A stretch of 64,000 nucleotides of DNA from Flavobacteriales bacterium (GTDB lineage Bacteria > Bacteroidota > Bacteroidia > CAIKAF01): positions 16,299 through 80,298 of the forward strand of contig JANWWQ010000005.1 of NCBI GenBank assembly GCA_025055635.1. The letters run 5' to 3'. This document shows positions 34,447 to 43,323 of the stretch, in pieces. The notes below the pieces were generated by a model. The model did not search any database, was not told where the DNA came from, and saw only the letters and a list, made by a program, of their open reading frames with translations. The translations under genes were made by a program, and so were the position numbers. How positions within the stretch are numbered: position 1 is the first letter of the stretch; every line of letters starts with the position of its first letter.

Positions 34447-34923
34447 ATGGCGGTCTGGCGCAACTTTCATGGCCATGAAGTGGGCCGGTCCATTGAGGAG
34501 GTTCTTCGTAGCGATTTTCACAGGCTGCGGGAACAGGGATATGATATTCGCCTGTGTGTAGGTACTGATTCGCATGTGCATGGAGACTGGATTCAGTTTG
34601 CCACGGTGCTCGTGGTGATTGTTAAGGGCAATGGCGGCTTTATGTACGTTAAAAAACACCGTGTGCGCGGCTCAATGAGCCTGCGCGAACGCATAATGAC
34701 CGAAATAGCTTACTCTATAGAAGCGGCTGGTGAAATTCAGGGATTCGTGGAGCAATACAACATTGCATTGGAAATCCATGCAGACGTAAACCAGAATCCC
34801 CTTTTCCCCTCTCACGTTTCCTACCACGATGCCTTAGGATATATCGTGGGCATGGGTTACCGCTTCGTGAGCAAACCCGATGCCTTTGCCAGCAGCGTCT
34901 GCGCAGACAGGTTTTGCCACTGA
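34447..34923 (+). CDS. YkuK/DUF458-family RNase H-like protein
   Basis: 158 aa. CVGTDSHVHGDWIQFATVLVVIVKGNGGF ... IALEIHADVNQNP ... ALGYIVGMGYRFVSKPDAFASSVCADRFC follows the DUF458 layout as I recall it. Confidence 0.6.
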   Translation: MAVWRNFHGHEVGRSIEEVLRSDFHRLREQGYDIRLCVGTDSHVHGDWIQFATVLVVIVKGNGGFMYVKKHRVRGSMSLRERIMTEIAYSIEAAGEIQGFVEQYNIALEIHADVNQNPLFPSHVSYHDALGYIVGMGYRFVSKPDAFASSVCADRFCH

Positions 34924-34933
34924 AATATAATAA

Positions 34934-34955
34934 AATATTTTTAGCTAAAAATATT
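34934..34955. repeat. perfect 22-bp palindrome AATATTTTTAGCTAAAAATATT
   Basis: Read directly, 11 nt after the ykuK-like stop. It is all A/T except the central AGCT. Confidence 0.55.
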
Positions 34956-35675
34956 GAATAAAATTTTTATGTTTATAATTATGGCTACAGGCCTATCCTT
35001 TGCCTTATACGAACGAGAATCACCAAAATTGAACCTAACCCAGATAAATCAACATATTTGAAAAAACATACCGAATGGCTTCTGCTGATTTGCATTGTTC
35101 TTATCCTCTGTTTAAAATTTAATGTTAATTATTTCAGTATTTTATGGCCAAATTACAATAAAAAGAAAAAGCACGTAGAACTCTACGCTTTCAATAGATC
35201 CCGCTCATATTAAAATTCTGAGGGTAGTGTCAAAAGTAGGTATTATGGCTTACAATGTTTACTATTCTTGTCACGCATCTGCATTGGGTGGTTTACTTCC
35301 CTTTACTGATACCCAATGAATATTTTAAAAGTCTGAAAAGAATTTTTCCGTGTAAATCCAATGCAATAATTTTTATAAATTTCATAATTCTAAGGATTAA
35401 ATAAAAAAGAGCAGAAAGAGTTCTCATTTATCGACCAATTTTCATCTGTTGTATGAGTAAGTCTTGGATTTAGCGAAAGCGCATGATATTAAAATCTCAT
35501 GCTAAAATTTCATTTTTCAAGCATTTAAGAGCTAATAACTTAAAGTCATATGCAACTTAGTTATGCATAGTCTTTATTTAAATAAATAACAATAATAAGA
35601 TTTAATTAAACATAAAGCATATTGGTAAAAATGGAAATTTCACCTATGTGATACTCCAGTCTTTCCTGAAATCTC

Positions 35676-35683
35676 TACTTTTG
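35676..35683 (+). promoter_or_regulatory. -7 promoter box TACTTTTG for pepA
   Basis: Perfect TAnnTTTG, 21 nt upstream of ATG 35705. Confidence 0.5.
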
Positions 35684-35704
35684 ACGTAGTTGTAAATAAC
35701 CTCT

Positions 35705-37129
35705 ATGCCTATTCGATTCAAAACCCAACCGGTGAAAAACGCTCCTCCATTACATGTAATTCGGCCAGAAAATGTGGAAAAATTACCGGTGTCTGAATCG
35801 GTGCGCCAGTTTCTGAGAAACCAAGTGAACGATCAGGAACCAAAGCTTTACAGCTTTCCCTTGTTTCCGGGGCATTTTTTAGTGGCTTCCGTGCCGAAAA
35901 AGGAGGGTGCCGACGCTACTGAAGCACAACGCGGACTGGGTTCAGCCCTGTGGCGCGAAGTGCACCAGGCTGGTTTGGACGCCGCTAATCTGAATACAGA
36001 AGCTGATTTGGGAGTAGCGGCAGAACACCTCGTAGAAGGTCTCATTTTGGCCGCTTATTCTTTTGATAAATACAAGAGAAAATCCAAGGAATTCGTTCCC
36101 TTCACTTTGGCGGGCCTGGACAAAAATGGGGCTACCAGCGCCGCTGCCCTTCAAACGGCGCTCGGCCAACTGCGGGATTGGGTAAATGAACCATACAACC
36201 ACTTGCACGCCGAGGCTTTTGCTTTTCAAGCTGCGGAATTTTTGCAATCCGTCGGCGTGGACGTAGAAGTTTTTGGTCGGAAGAAAATTTCTTCGCTCCG
36301 GATGGGAGGACTTTTAGGTGTAAACCAGGGCAGTGCGAGAGAGCCCAGATTTGTGGTGGCCCACTACAAACCAGCCCGCTCCATTAACCGCCAACCAATC
36401 GTGCTGGTGGGAAAAGGTGTGATGTTTGACACAGGAGGAGCCAGTATTAAAAATGCTTCGGGCATGATGACCATGAAAAATGATATGGCCGGAGCAGCCT
36501 TGGTATTGTGCACAATATGGTTGGCCGCCGAGTTACAATGGCCTATGAACCTTGTAGCATTAGTACCTCTTACGGACAATATGGTGGGTCCAACTTCGCT
36601 GGTTCCTGGAGATATCATCACAATCAGCGACGGTACGACGGTTGAGGTCCTTAACACTGATGCCGAGGGGCGACTAATCCTGGCCGATGCGCTGGTGTAC
36701 GCTCGTCGCTTCAAACCGGCTCTGGTACTGGATACTGCCACCCTCACAGGAGCTGTGGTACGTGCTTTGGGTGAAGTGGCCGCTGGCGCTTTTGAAAAGG
36801 ATGCTGGCCGCTACAAGGAATTCCTTCAAACAGCTTCTGAAAAAACGGCCGAACGCCTTGTGTGGTTTCCTCTCTGGAAAGTATACGGCGAAAGCCTTAA
36901 AAGCGAAGTGGCTGACCTAAAAAATATTGGGGGGCAGGAAGCGGGTCATATTACTGCCGCCAAGTTTCTGGAACATTTCACGAATTACCCTTGGATACAC
37001 CTGGATATAGCAGGTGTGGCCTACAGCGAGAAGGGGCATCCCGTCCGCGGAAAAGGGGCCACAGGCTGGGGCCTGCTGCTTCTCAAAGAATTTATGCTGC
37101 AAATTTGCAGCGATCCCAACCATGCCTGA
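35705..37129 (+). CDS. pepA: leucyl aminopeptidase (M17)
   Basis: 474 aa. VGKGVMFDTGGASIK and NTDAEGRLILADAL signatures. Confidence 0.9.
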   Translation: MPIRFKTQPVKNAPPLHVIRPENVEKLPVSESVRQFLRNQVNDQEPKLYSFPLFPGHFLVASVPKKEGADATEAQRGLGSALWREVHQAGLDAANLNTEADLGVAAEHLVEGLILAAYSFDKYKRKSKEFVPFTLAGLDKNGATSAAALQTALGQLRDWVNEPYNHLHAEAFAFQAAEFLQSVGVDVEVFGRKKISSLRMGGLLGVNQGSAREPRFVVAHYKPARSINRQPIVLVGKGVMFDTGGASIKNASGMMTMKNDMAGAALVLCTIWLAAELQWPMNLVALVPLTDNMVGPTSLVPGDIITISDGTTVEVLNTDAEGRLILADALVYARRFKPALVLDTATLTGAVVRALGEVAAGAFEKDAGRYKEFLQTASEKTAERLVWFPLWKVYGESLKSEVADLKNIGGQEAGHITAAKFLEHFTNYPWIHLDIAGVAYSEKGHPVRGKGATGWGLLLLKEFMLQICSDPNHA

Positions 37130-38225
37130 GCACATTCCAGTTATTGGTTTTACCTGTGGGGATATCAACGGTATAGGGCCCGAAATTGTAATAAAGGCCC
37201 TTGCCAACAAGGCCTTCACGGAGCTATGCACGCCGGTGGTGTTTGCTTCTGGGAAGCTCATTGCCTATTATCGCAAGAATCTGGTAGGATATGACTTTTC
37301 TTATGTACCGGTGCGTCAGGAAAAGATTAGCGCAGGAAAAGTAAATCTAGTAAATTGCTGGGAAGAGGAAGTAAAAATTGAGCCTGGAAAAGAAAACGAG
37401 ACGGGAGCCGCTTACGCGCTCAAGAGTCTGGAAATCGCCCGTCATTACTTAAGTGAAAATAAGATTCACGCACTGGTAACGGCTCCCATATCCAAAAAAA
37501 CAATGGCCCGAATGGGGTGGGGTGTATCCGGACATACCGAATATTTCGGGCAACACTTTGGAGCCACTCCTCTCATGCTGATGGTGTGGGAAAAGCTGAG
37601 GGTGGCCACTGTGACGGGTCATGTTCCTTTGTCCGCCGTAGCAGGATTGCTCACGGTGGAAAAAGTGGTAACAGTCATACGGATATTGGATCGGAGCCTC
37701 CGGCAAGATTTCGGGGTGATGCGTCCTACAATCGCTGTATTAGGTCTTAATCCCCATGCCAGTGACGGGGGCCTTTTAGGCCAGGAGGAAGCCCAAATAT
37801 TGGAACCCGCCCTTGAGCTTCTGACAAACGAAGGTTACCTGGTGGCGGGACCCTTCTCCCCTGATGGCTTTTGGGCCTCCCTGAGATATAGGGATTTTGA
37901 TGCCGTTGTGGCCATGTACCACGACCAGGGCCTTATTCCCTTCAAGTTACTGTCGGGTCTTGAAGGTGTAAATTACACGGCCGGCTTACCGGTAGTGCGC
38001 ACTTCCCCTGATCACGGCCCTGCCTTTGACAGGGCAGGCCAAAGCGCCGCCAACGAAAGCTCCCTGCGAGCGGCCACCTATTTAGCCATTGATATCCTGC
38101 GGCATCGCGCCAACTACCGCGAGGCCACAGCCAATCCTCTCCCCCTCTCCCGTCGAGAAAAAGACCAGGAATCTACCCATGAAGCCCCAAATGAACTACT
38201 TAACCCTATACAGGCCTCCTCATGA
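37122..38225 (+). CDS. pdxA: 4-hydroxythreonine-4-phosphate dehydrogenase
   Basis: The track ORF starts at 37014 inside pepA. ATG at 37122 gives MPEHIPVIGFTCGDINGIGPEI. Other blocks are VTAPISKK, GHTEYF, GLNPHASDGGLLG, AMYHDQGLIPFK and RTSPDHG. It overlaps the pepA stop by 8 nt. Confidence 0.88.
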   Translation: MPEHIPVIGFTCGDINGIGPEIVIKALANKAFTELCTPVVFASGKLIAYYRKNLVGYDFSYVPVRQEKISAGKVNLVNCWEEEVKIEPGKENETGAAYALKSLEIARHYLSENKIHALVTAPISKKTMARMGWGVSGHTEYFGQHFGATPLMLMVWEKLRVATVTGHVPLSAVAGLLTVEKVVTVIRILDRSLRQDFGVMRPTIAVLGLNPHASDGGLLGQEEAQILEPALELLTNEGYLVAGPFSPDGFWASLRYRDFDAVVAMYHDQGLIPFKLLSGLEGVNYTAGLPVVRTSPDHGPAFDRAGQSAANESSLRAATYLAIDILRHRANYREATANPLPLSRREKDQESTHEAPNELLNPIQASS

Positions 38226-38450
38226 CTTATTGTTCAGATAGTTTAGAAAGCTTAGATATGTGCTTGTTCCAGGCGAAAGTAGTAGTGTCTATCGCAGCTC
38301 CTATTTACCCACCACTTGCCGTGGGCCTTCAGGGTTATGGCCACACAAGCCCCGCATCCTTATTATATAAATTTTCAAGTAATTCAAAGCCGTTAGACCT
38401 AAAACCCTCTTTTATGCAGATTATTCCAATAATTTAATTTTACAAGTGTG

Positions 38451-38458
38451 TATTTTTG
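38451..38458 (+). promoter_or_regulatory. -7 promoter box TATTTTTG for TRAP operon
   Basis: Perfect TAnnTTTG, 17 nt upstream of ATG 38476. The track GTG start 38446 lies upstream of the box, so it is rejected. Confidence 0.5.
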
Positions 38459-38475
38459 AACCCATCCTTAAAAGC

Positions 38476-39294
38476 ATGAGAAAATCGATCATCCTTCTGA
38501 CTGCAACTTTAATAGTTCAGCCTGCGTTGAAAGCGCAAGACCCACTAGCGCGATTAGCCGAACTTTTTCGCCAAAGGGCCGATGCTCAGAAACTGGATGA
38601 ATGTATTCGGCTGGGAGAGGAGATTATGGCCCAAGGCCCCCAGCGGTCAGCCGCTGTGATCCTGGCCAGGGCTTACTATTTTAAAGCTGAAGGAGAGCCT
38701 GATAAGGAAAAAAAACTAGAACTTTTTGAAAAAGGGGTGAAGGCAGGGGAAGCGGCTCTGATGACGATACCAGCCTACAAAGATGGAATGGCAGCCAAGG
38801 AAAAGGAAGAAAACATCGTGAAGAAACTGACGAAAGAAGATATGGATGCTTTATACTGGACGGCAGCCAACTTAGCCCGGTATGCCAAGTTTGCCCCATT
38901 CAGTAAAAAATTAGCCGTCAAGTCTCGCGTACGGATGCTTTGGGATAGAGTGATGGAGTTAGACCCCGATTATAATTACGGAGGTGTTTACAGGTTTTTC
39001 GGAGGGTATTATGCCTTAGTGCCTTCTATCACAGGGGAACAAGATCCCGCGAAGTCGCGTGAAATGTTTGAAAAGGGAATACAAAGTGCCCCCCACTACC
39101 TGGAAACCAAGGTGCTGTTTGCAGAAGCATACTGCACTCACGGAAAAGTTAAGGACAGGGAACTTTTCCGGAAACTGCTCAATGAGGTACTTGAGGCCGA
39201 TGTATCTGCTTACCCCGAAATTGCTCCGGAGAATAATATTGCTAAAAATAAAGCTCGGGCCTTGTTGGCCCAGGAGGCTGAACTTTTTGATTGA
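38476..39294 (+). CDS. TRAP transporter TatT-type (TPR) accessory component
   Basis: Signal peptide MRKSIILLTATLIVQPALKAQ. The mature protein is helical and TPR-like. The gene sits directly upstream of the DctP/Q/M genes, as in TPR-protein-associated TRAP transporters. Confidence 0.6.
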   Translation: MRKSIILLTATLIVQPALKAQDPLARLAELFRQRADAQKLDECIRLGEEIMAQGPQRSAAVILARAYYFKAEGEPDKEKKLELFEKGVKAGEAALMTIPAYKDGMAAKEKEENIVKKLTKEDMDALYWTAANLARYAKFAPFSKKLAVKSRVRMLWDRVMELDPDYNYGGVYRFFGGYYALVPSITGEQDPAKSREMFEKGIQSAPHYLETKVLFAEAYCTHGKVKDRELFRKLLNEVLEADVSAYPEIAPENNIAKNKARALLAQEAELFD

Positions 39295-39313
39295 TGTAAA
39301 TTTTTTCCCACAT

Positions 39314-40375
39314 ATGAATAAGCTTTTACACAAGATTCAACACTTTTTTCTGTATTTTACGGTTGTCCTTCCCCTGGCTGCCCAGGATCCTGTCAAAGTT
39401 CGCTTTGGCAGTGTCATACCCAAAGACAGTCCCTGGGAGGAAGGCATAAATACATATATCAAAAATGTAGAATCAAAGGCCGGGGGGCGATTGCGGTTTA
39501 AAACGTATTTGGGGGGGCAGCTAGGGGGTGAGGTGGAAATGATTAAAAGTATTGCTATGGGTTCGTTGGATGCAGGGGCTTTTAGCCTGGCCTCCATAGC
39601 CGAAGCTCTTTCTTTGCCGCAGTTGCAGGTATTTGAATTGCCTTTTCTTTTTAGCTCCGACGAAGAGGCCGATTACGTGATGGACCAAATGTTTGAGCAG
39701 ATGAGTGAAATTTTGGCCAAAAAAGGGATCGTTCTCATCCTTTGGGGCACAAACGGCTGGCGCAGCTTCGGCACCAAAACAAAACCCATCTTGAGCCCTG
39801 CTGATCTTAAAGGCCTCAAGATGCGCGCCCAGGAGTCGGAGGTTTATGTGAGTTTTTACAAAGCCATGGGCGCCACTCCCGTGCCCATAGCCACTCCCGA
39901 AGTGCTCGTAGCGCTCAAAACGGGCATGGTGGATGGCTACGATCAGACACCCGTTTTTTCGCTCTCTTCCAGCTGGATCAACACCGTCAAGCATTATTCC
40001 CTTACTAAACACATTTATCAACCAGGGGCCGTTATCATATCCAAACGCTTTTTGGATAAGCAGCCGGCCGACCTACAACAGGTGCTACTGGCCCGGTCAG
40101 AAAGAGCTTCCTTGCAAAAAACCGCACGTGAGCTGGTGCGGAAAGAAGATGCTGAGGTACTCTCCTCCTTTCCTGGTTTAGGTGTCAAGGTGCACACCCT
40201 CACCGAAGCCCAACGCGAAGCTTTTCGCAAGGCCGCCCAACCGGTTTATACGAGCCTGGAATCTAAAATAGGAAAAAATCTTATCACCGCTGTACAGAAC
40301 CATATTCGTACCTTTCAGCAGTTGCGGAAATCTACTTCCGCTCCTACGGATCCCAAGAAAACCCAGAAAAAATGA
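39314..40375 (+). CDS. TRAP transporter substrate-binding protein (DctP family)
   Basis: The track ORF starts at 39059 inside the previous gene. ATG at 39314 gives the signal MNKLLHKIQHFFLYFTVVLPLAAQ, followed by the DctP-like region RFGSVIPKDSPWEEG...YLGGQLGGEVEMIKSIAMGSLD. Confidence 0.8.
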   Translation: MNKLLHKIQHFFLYFTVVLPLAAQDPVKVRFGSVIPKDSPWEEGINTYIKNVESKAGGRLRFKTYLGGQLGGEVEMIKSIAMGSLDAGAFSLASIAEALSLPQLQVFELPFLFSSDEEADYVMDQMFEQMSEILAKKGIVLILWGTNGWRSFGTKTKPILSPADLKGLKMRAQESEVYVSFYKAMGATPVPIATPEVLVALKTGMVDGYDQTPVFSLSSSWINTVKHYSLTKHIYQPGAVIISKRFLDKQPADLQQVLLARSERASLQKTARELVRKEDAEVLSSFPGLGVKVHTLTEAQREAFRKAAQPVYTSLESKIGKNLITAVQNHIRTFQQLRKSTSAPTDPKKTQKK

Positions 40376-40905
40376 TGATTACACGGCTTTACCTGAAAGC
40401 CAGCCGTCTTTTGGAACATCTGGAAAAAGCTCTGGCTATTCTTTTGATTTCAGCTATCGTGATTATAGTTTTTGCAGGCACCTTTGCCCGATATGTGCTT
40501 AATGAACCCCTTTTTGGGGCTGATCGGCTAGCTACCTATGCCATGGTCTGGCTAGGATTTCTCGGTTTTCAGATTGCCACTTCCAAGATGCGGCACATTG
40601 AAGTAGAATTCTTAAAAGCCCGAATGCCAGCAAAGATCAAGGCCCTCATGAACATGGTTGGCTGCGTACTGGCCGCACTTTTTCTTCTCCAGTTTGCCCG
40701 TTACGGTTATGAGTACATGCTGCAGAGCCGGGAATTGGACGACCGCGATCTTGTGCTAGGCATCCCGCTATGGTACATCGTAGCTATTATTCCAGTGAGC
40801 TTTCTGGTCTCGGCAGTCCGGTTTTTTTTCACTACTTTCCTGTGGCTTGAGGTGCGGATGGGCAAGCGGGAGGAAACGGATTTTGTATCCAAGCAGATTG
40901 TGTAA
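40372..40905 (+). CDS. TRAP transporter small permease (DctQ family)
   Basis: 177 aa, 4 TM. ATGA overlap with the upstream stop. Its position between the P and M subunits fits the family. Confidence 0.75.
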   Translation: MMITRLYLKASRLLEHLEKALAILLISAIVIIVFAGTFARYVLNEPLFGADRLATYAMVWLGFLGFQIATSKMRHIEVEFLKARMPAKIKALMNMVGCVLAALFLLQFARYGYEYMLQSRELDDRDLVLGIPLWYIVAIIPVSFLVSAVRFFFTTFLWLEVRMGKREETDFVSKQIV

Positions 40906-40908
40906 TTC

Positions 40909-42201
40909 ATGACTTTGGCTCTGGTTCTGATTTTGCTGGCTATTCTCATAGCCATTGGGGCGCCGTTGTTTCTAATTATTGGTGCCATTTCGTTGGGGCT
41001 TTTCAGAATGGCTGAGGATGTGGAAATGTTTTCCCTCACAAAGACCATGTTTGACCAACTTAACAAACCGGCTCTTCTTTCCATTCCTTTATACGTATTT
41101 GCGGGGGCCCTAATGGCCAGAGGTGAAATTGCCAAGCGCCTTATTGATCTAGCCATGGCGACATTAGGATGGCTGCGAGGGGGCCTGGCTGCTGGAGCGG
41201 TGTTGGCCTGTGTGTTTTTTGCAGCCATATCAGGTTCATCGCCTGTCACGCTTATCGCCATCGGCACCATTATGTATCCCGCCATGCTTCGGTACGGCTA
41301 CCCGGAGAAAATGTCCCTAGGCGTAATCACTGTATCGGGGTCCTTAGGCATTCTAATTCCTCCAAGTATTCCCATGATCATTTTTTCCATAGTGACTGGC
41401 ACCGATGTGAATAAATTATTCATAGCAGGCGTTGTGCCAGGTATTCTCACAGCTTTTCTAATCATTCTTTTAGCTTTGATCTTAGGCTCTCGGGTGGAAG
41501 TGAATACCCAGCCTTTTTCCTTTCGCAATCTGGGTATATCCTTTGCACGCAGTATTCCGGCATTACTTCTGCCAGCATTAATTCTGGGCGGAATTTATTC
41601 TGGAATTTACAATGTGACGGAAGCCGCGGCCGTTGGCGCTGTGTACGCCATTTTAGCAGAGCTCTTTTTATTCCGCCAGCTTAAATTCAAGGACATTGGC
41701 GATATCCTTTATGATTCCGTTATGGTGATGGGTGCTATCTTCATCATCATTGCGATGGCCACCGTATTTAATTATTACCTGGTTTTGCAGGAAGCTCCGT
41801 ACTGGCTGTTGGAAAATCTGGAAAAGTTCATCACGTCCAAGACCATGTTTCTGTTGGTAACGATGGCCATTTTACTGGTGGTGGGGCTTTTTATGGATTC
41901 CATTTCTGCGGTGCTCATTCTGGCTCCTCTCATTCTGCCGACAGCTCGGATTTACGAGGTTGATCCCATCCACCTGGGCATCGTTTTCATTTTAGGTTTG
42001 GAGATCGGCTACCTGACGCCTCCCGTAGGTGTCAACCTCTTTGTATCGGCAGGTGTATTCAATAAGCCGTTTGGAAAGGTTGTGGTTGCCGTAATTCCTT
42101 ACATGCTCATGGTGCTTTTAGCCCTTATCATTGTGGCTTTTGTGCCGGAACTTTCTATGATGTTGATACCGAGCGGAACGGAAGGCGTGCTTCCCGAGTG
42201 A
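40909..42201 (+). CDS. TRAP transporter large permease (DctM family)
   Basis: 430 aa, polytopic. Blocks AAISGSSPVTLIAIGTIMYPAM and GYLTPPVGVNLFV. Confidence 0.88.
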   Translation: MTLALVLILLAILIAIGAPLFLIIGAISLGLFRMAEDVEMFSLTKTMFDQLNKPALLSIPLYVFAGALMARGEIAKRLIDLAMATLGWLRGGLAAGAVLACVFFAAISGSSPVTLIAIGTIMYPAMLRYGYPEKMSLGVITVSGSLGILIPPSIPMIIFSIVTGTDVNKLFIAGVVPGILTAFLIILLALILGSRVEVNTQPFSFRNLGISFARSIPALLLPALILGGIYSGIYNVTEAAAVGAVYAILAELFLFRQLKFKDIGDILYDSVMVMGAIFIIIAMATVFNYYLVLQEAPYWLLENLEKFITSKTMFLLVTMAILLVVGLFMDSISAVLILAPLILPTARIYEVDPIHLGIVFILGLEIGYLTPPVGVNLFVSAGVFNKPFGKVVVAVIPYMLMVLLALIIVAFVPELSMMLIPSGTEGVLPE

Positions 42202-42333
42202 TTTTCGGCGTTGGTTCCGCCTTTCTGCTCTGAACCATGAGTTTAGGACGGAAAGTTTTGTGGTCCTATTTAGTTAAAGTATTCTGTCTTTGTTTATTAG
42301 TATCTGGCAAATAGCCTATTAAATATTTTTACT

Positions 42334-43323
42334 TTGTTTGAGCATCTGAAACGTTTTACTCCCTTCCAGGATGTCTGTGCGTTGCCTCGTATTGGGCAAT
42401 ATGGGCCTTTGGTATTTCTGGGTTCATGCTTTGCAGAAAATGTGGCCCTTTGTTTTGAGCGCCATTTATGGCCTGTGCTGAGGCCGCCTTTAGGAGCTGT
42501 GTATCAGCCCGCCGCGCTAGCCCGTCAAATACTTTGGCTCACTAATCCATCCTCTGAAGATCCCTTGCTTTTTCAAGGTCGCGATGGACTGTGGTATAGT
42601 TGGTTAGCTCATCATAAGATGGGATTTCCCACTTCAGAGCAACTTGTAGAAACTATGACTTTTAGGGCCAAATTATTCTGTCAATTGGTGAGGGAAACAC
42701 CCTTGATATGCATCACTCTGGCCCATCCTTTCACATACCACGAAAAGAATGTAGATGTAGTTGCCAACTGCCATAAGGAACCAGCATTTCGGTTTGAGGG
42801 CCGCATGCACAACCTCGATGAGATAGCTCAGGAAATAGACCTCATTTGCTGCTGTTTGCGTAATATAAATCCCTCTGTTCCTATTGTTTGGACCCTAAGC
42901 CCAGTGCGCTACCTGGCCCAAGGAATGGCTGTTGGTTTCTTAGGTAAGGCCCTCTTACGGGTGGCTATCCACCATCGTTGCTCTAAGCATAGTTTGGAAT
43001 ATTATTTTCCGGCCTACGAAATACAGATGGACGATCTGCGGGACTATCGGTATTATGCGGCCGATATGGTCCATCCTAGTCAAGAGGCTGTAGAATACAT
43101 TTCCCGCCATTTCATGGAGGCCTTTTTAGAGCCTTCTATAAAAGCGACCCATCAGGAGGGGTATGCGCTGGCTTTACATTGCTTGCATCGTTCACACCGG
43201 TCAGAAACAAATTCCCAACCTTTCCAACAGGCCATCGACTTCATCAGAAAGCATTGGCCTTCAACTATCCAAGCGTACGTAAGAGAGTTGAACCATGTCG
43301 TCCAACAAGATCAAATTACCTGA
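42334..43323 (+). CDS. GSCFA-domain protein
   Basis: 329 aa. Contains the eponymous motif VFLGSCFAENV. TTG start is uncertain. Confidence 0.7.
   Translation: MFEHLKRFTPFQDVCALPRIGQYGPLVFLGSCFAENVALCFERHLWPVLRPPLGAVYQPAALARQILWLTNPSSEDPLLFQGRDGLWYSWLAHHKMGFPTSEQLVETMTFRAKLFCQLVRETPLICITLAHPFTYHEKNVDVVANCHKEPAFRFEGRMHNLDEIAQEIDLICCCLRNINPSVPIVWTLSPVRYLAQGMAVGFLGKALLRVAIHHRCSKHSLEYYFPAYEIQMDDLRDYRYYAADMVHPSQEAVEYISRHFMEAFLEPSIKATHQEGYALALHCLHRSHRSETNSQPFQQAIDFIRKHWPSTIQAYVRELNHVVQQDQIT

Noticed and set aside
39521-41285. Antisense ORFs inside the TRAP genes (39521-40021, 166 aa; 40707-41285, 192 aa)
   Set aside because: They are shadow frames opposite well-supported DctP/DctQ/DctM coding sequence. 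They have Ala/Arg/Gly/Pro-rich compositions with no motifs.
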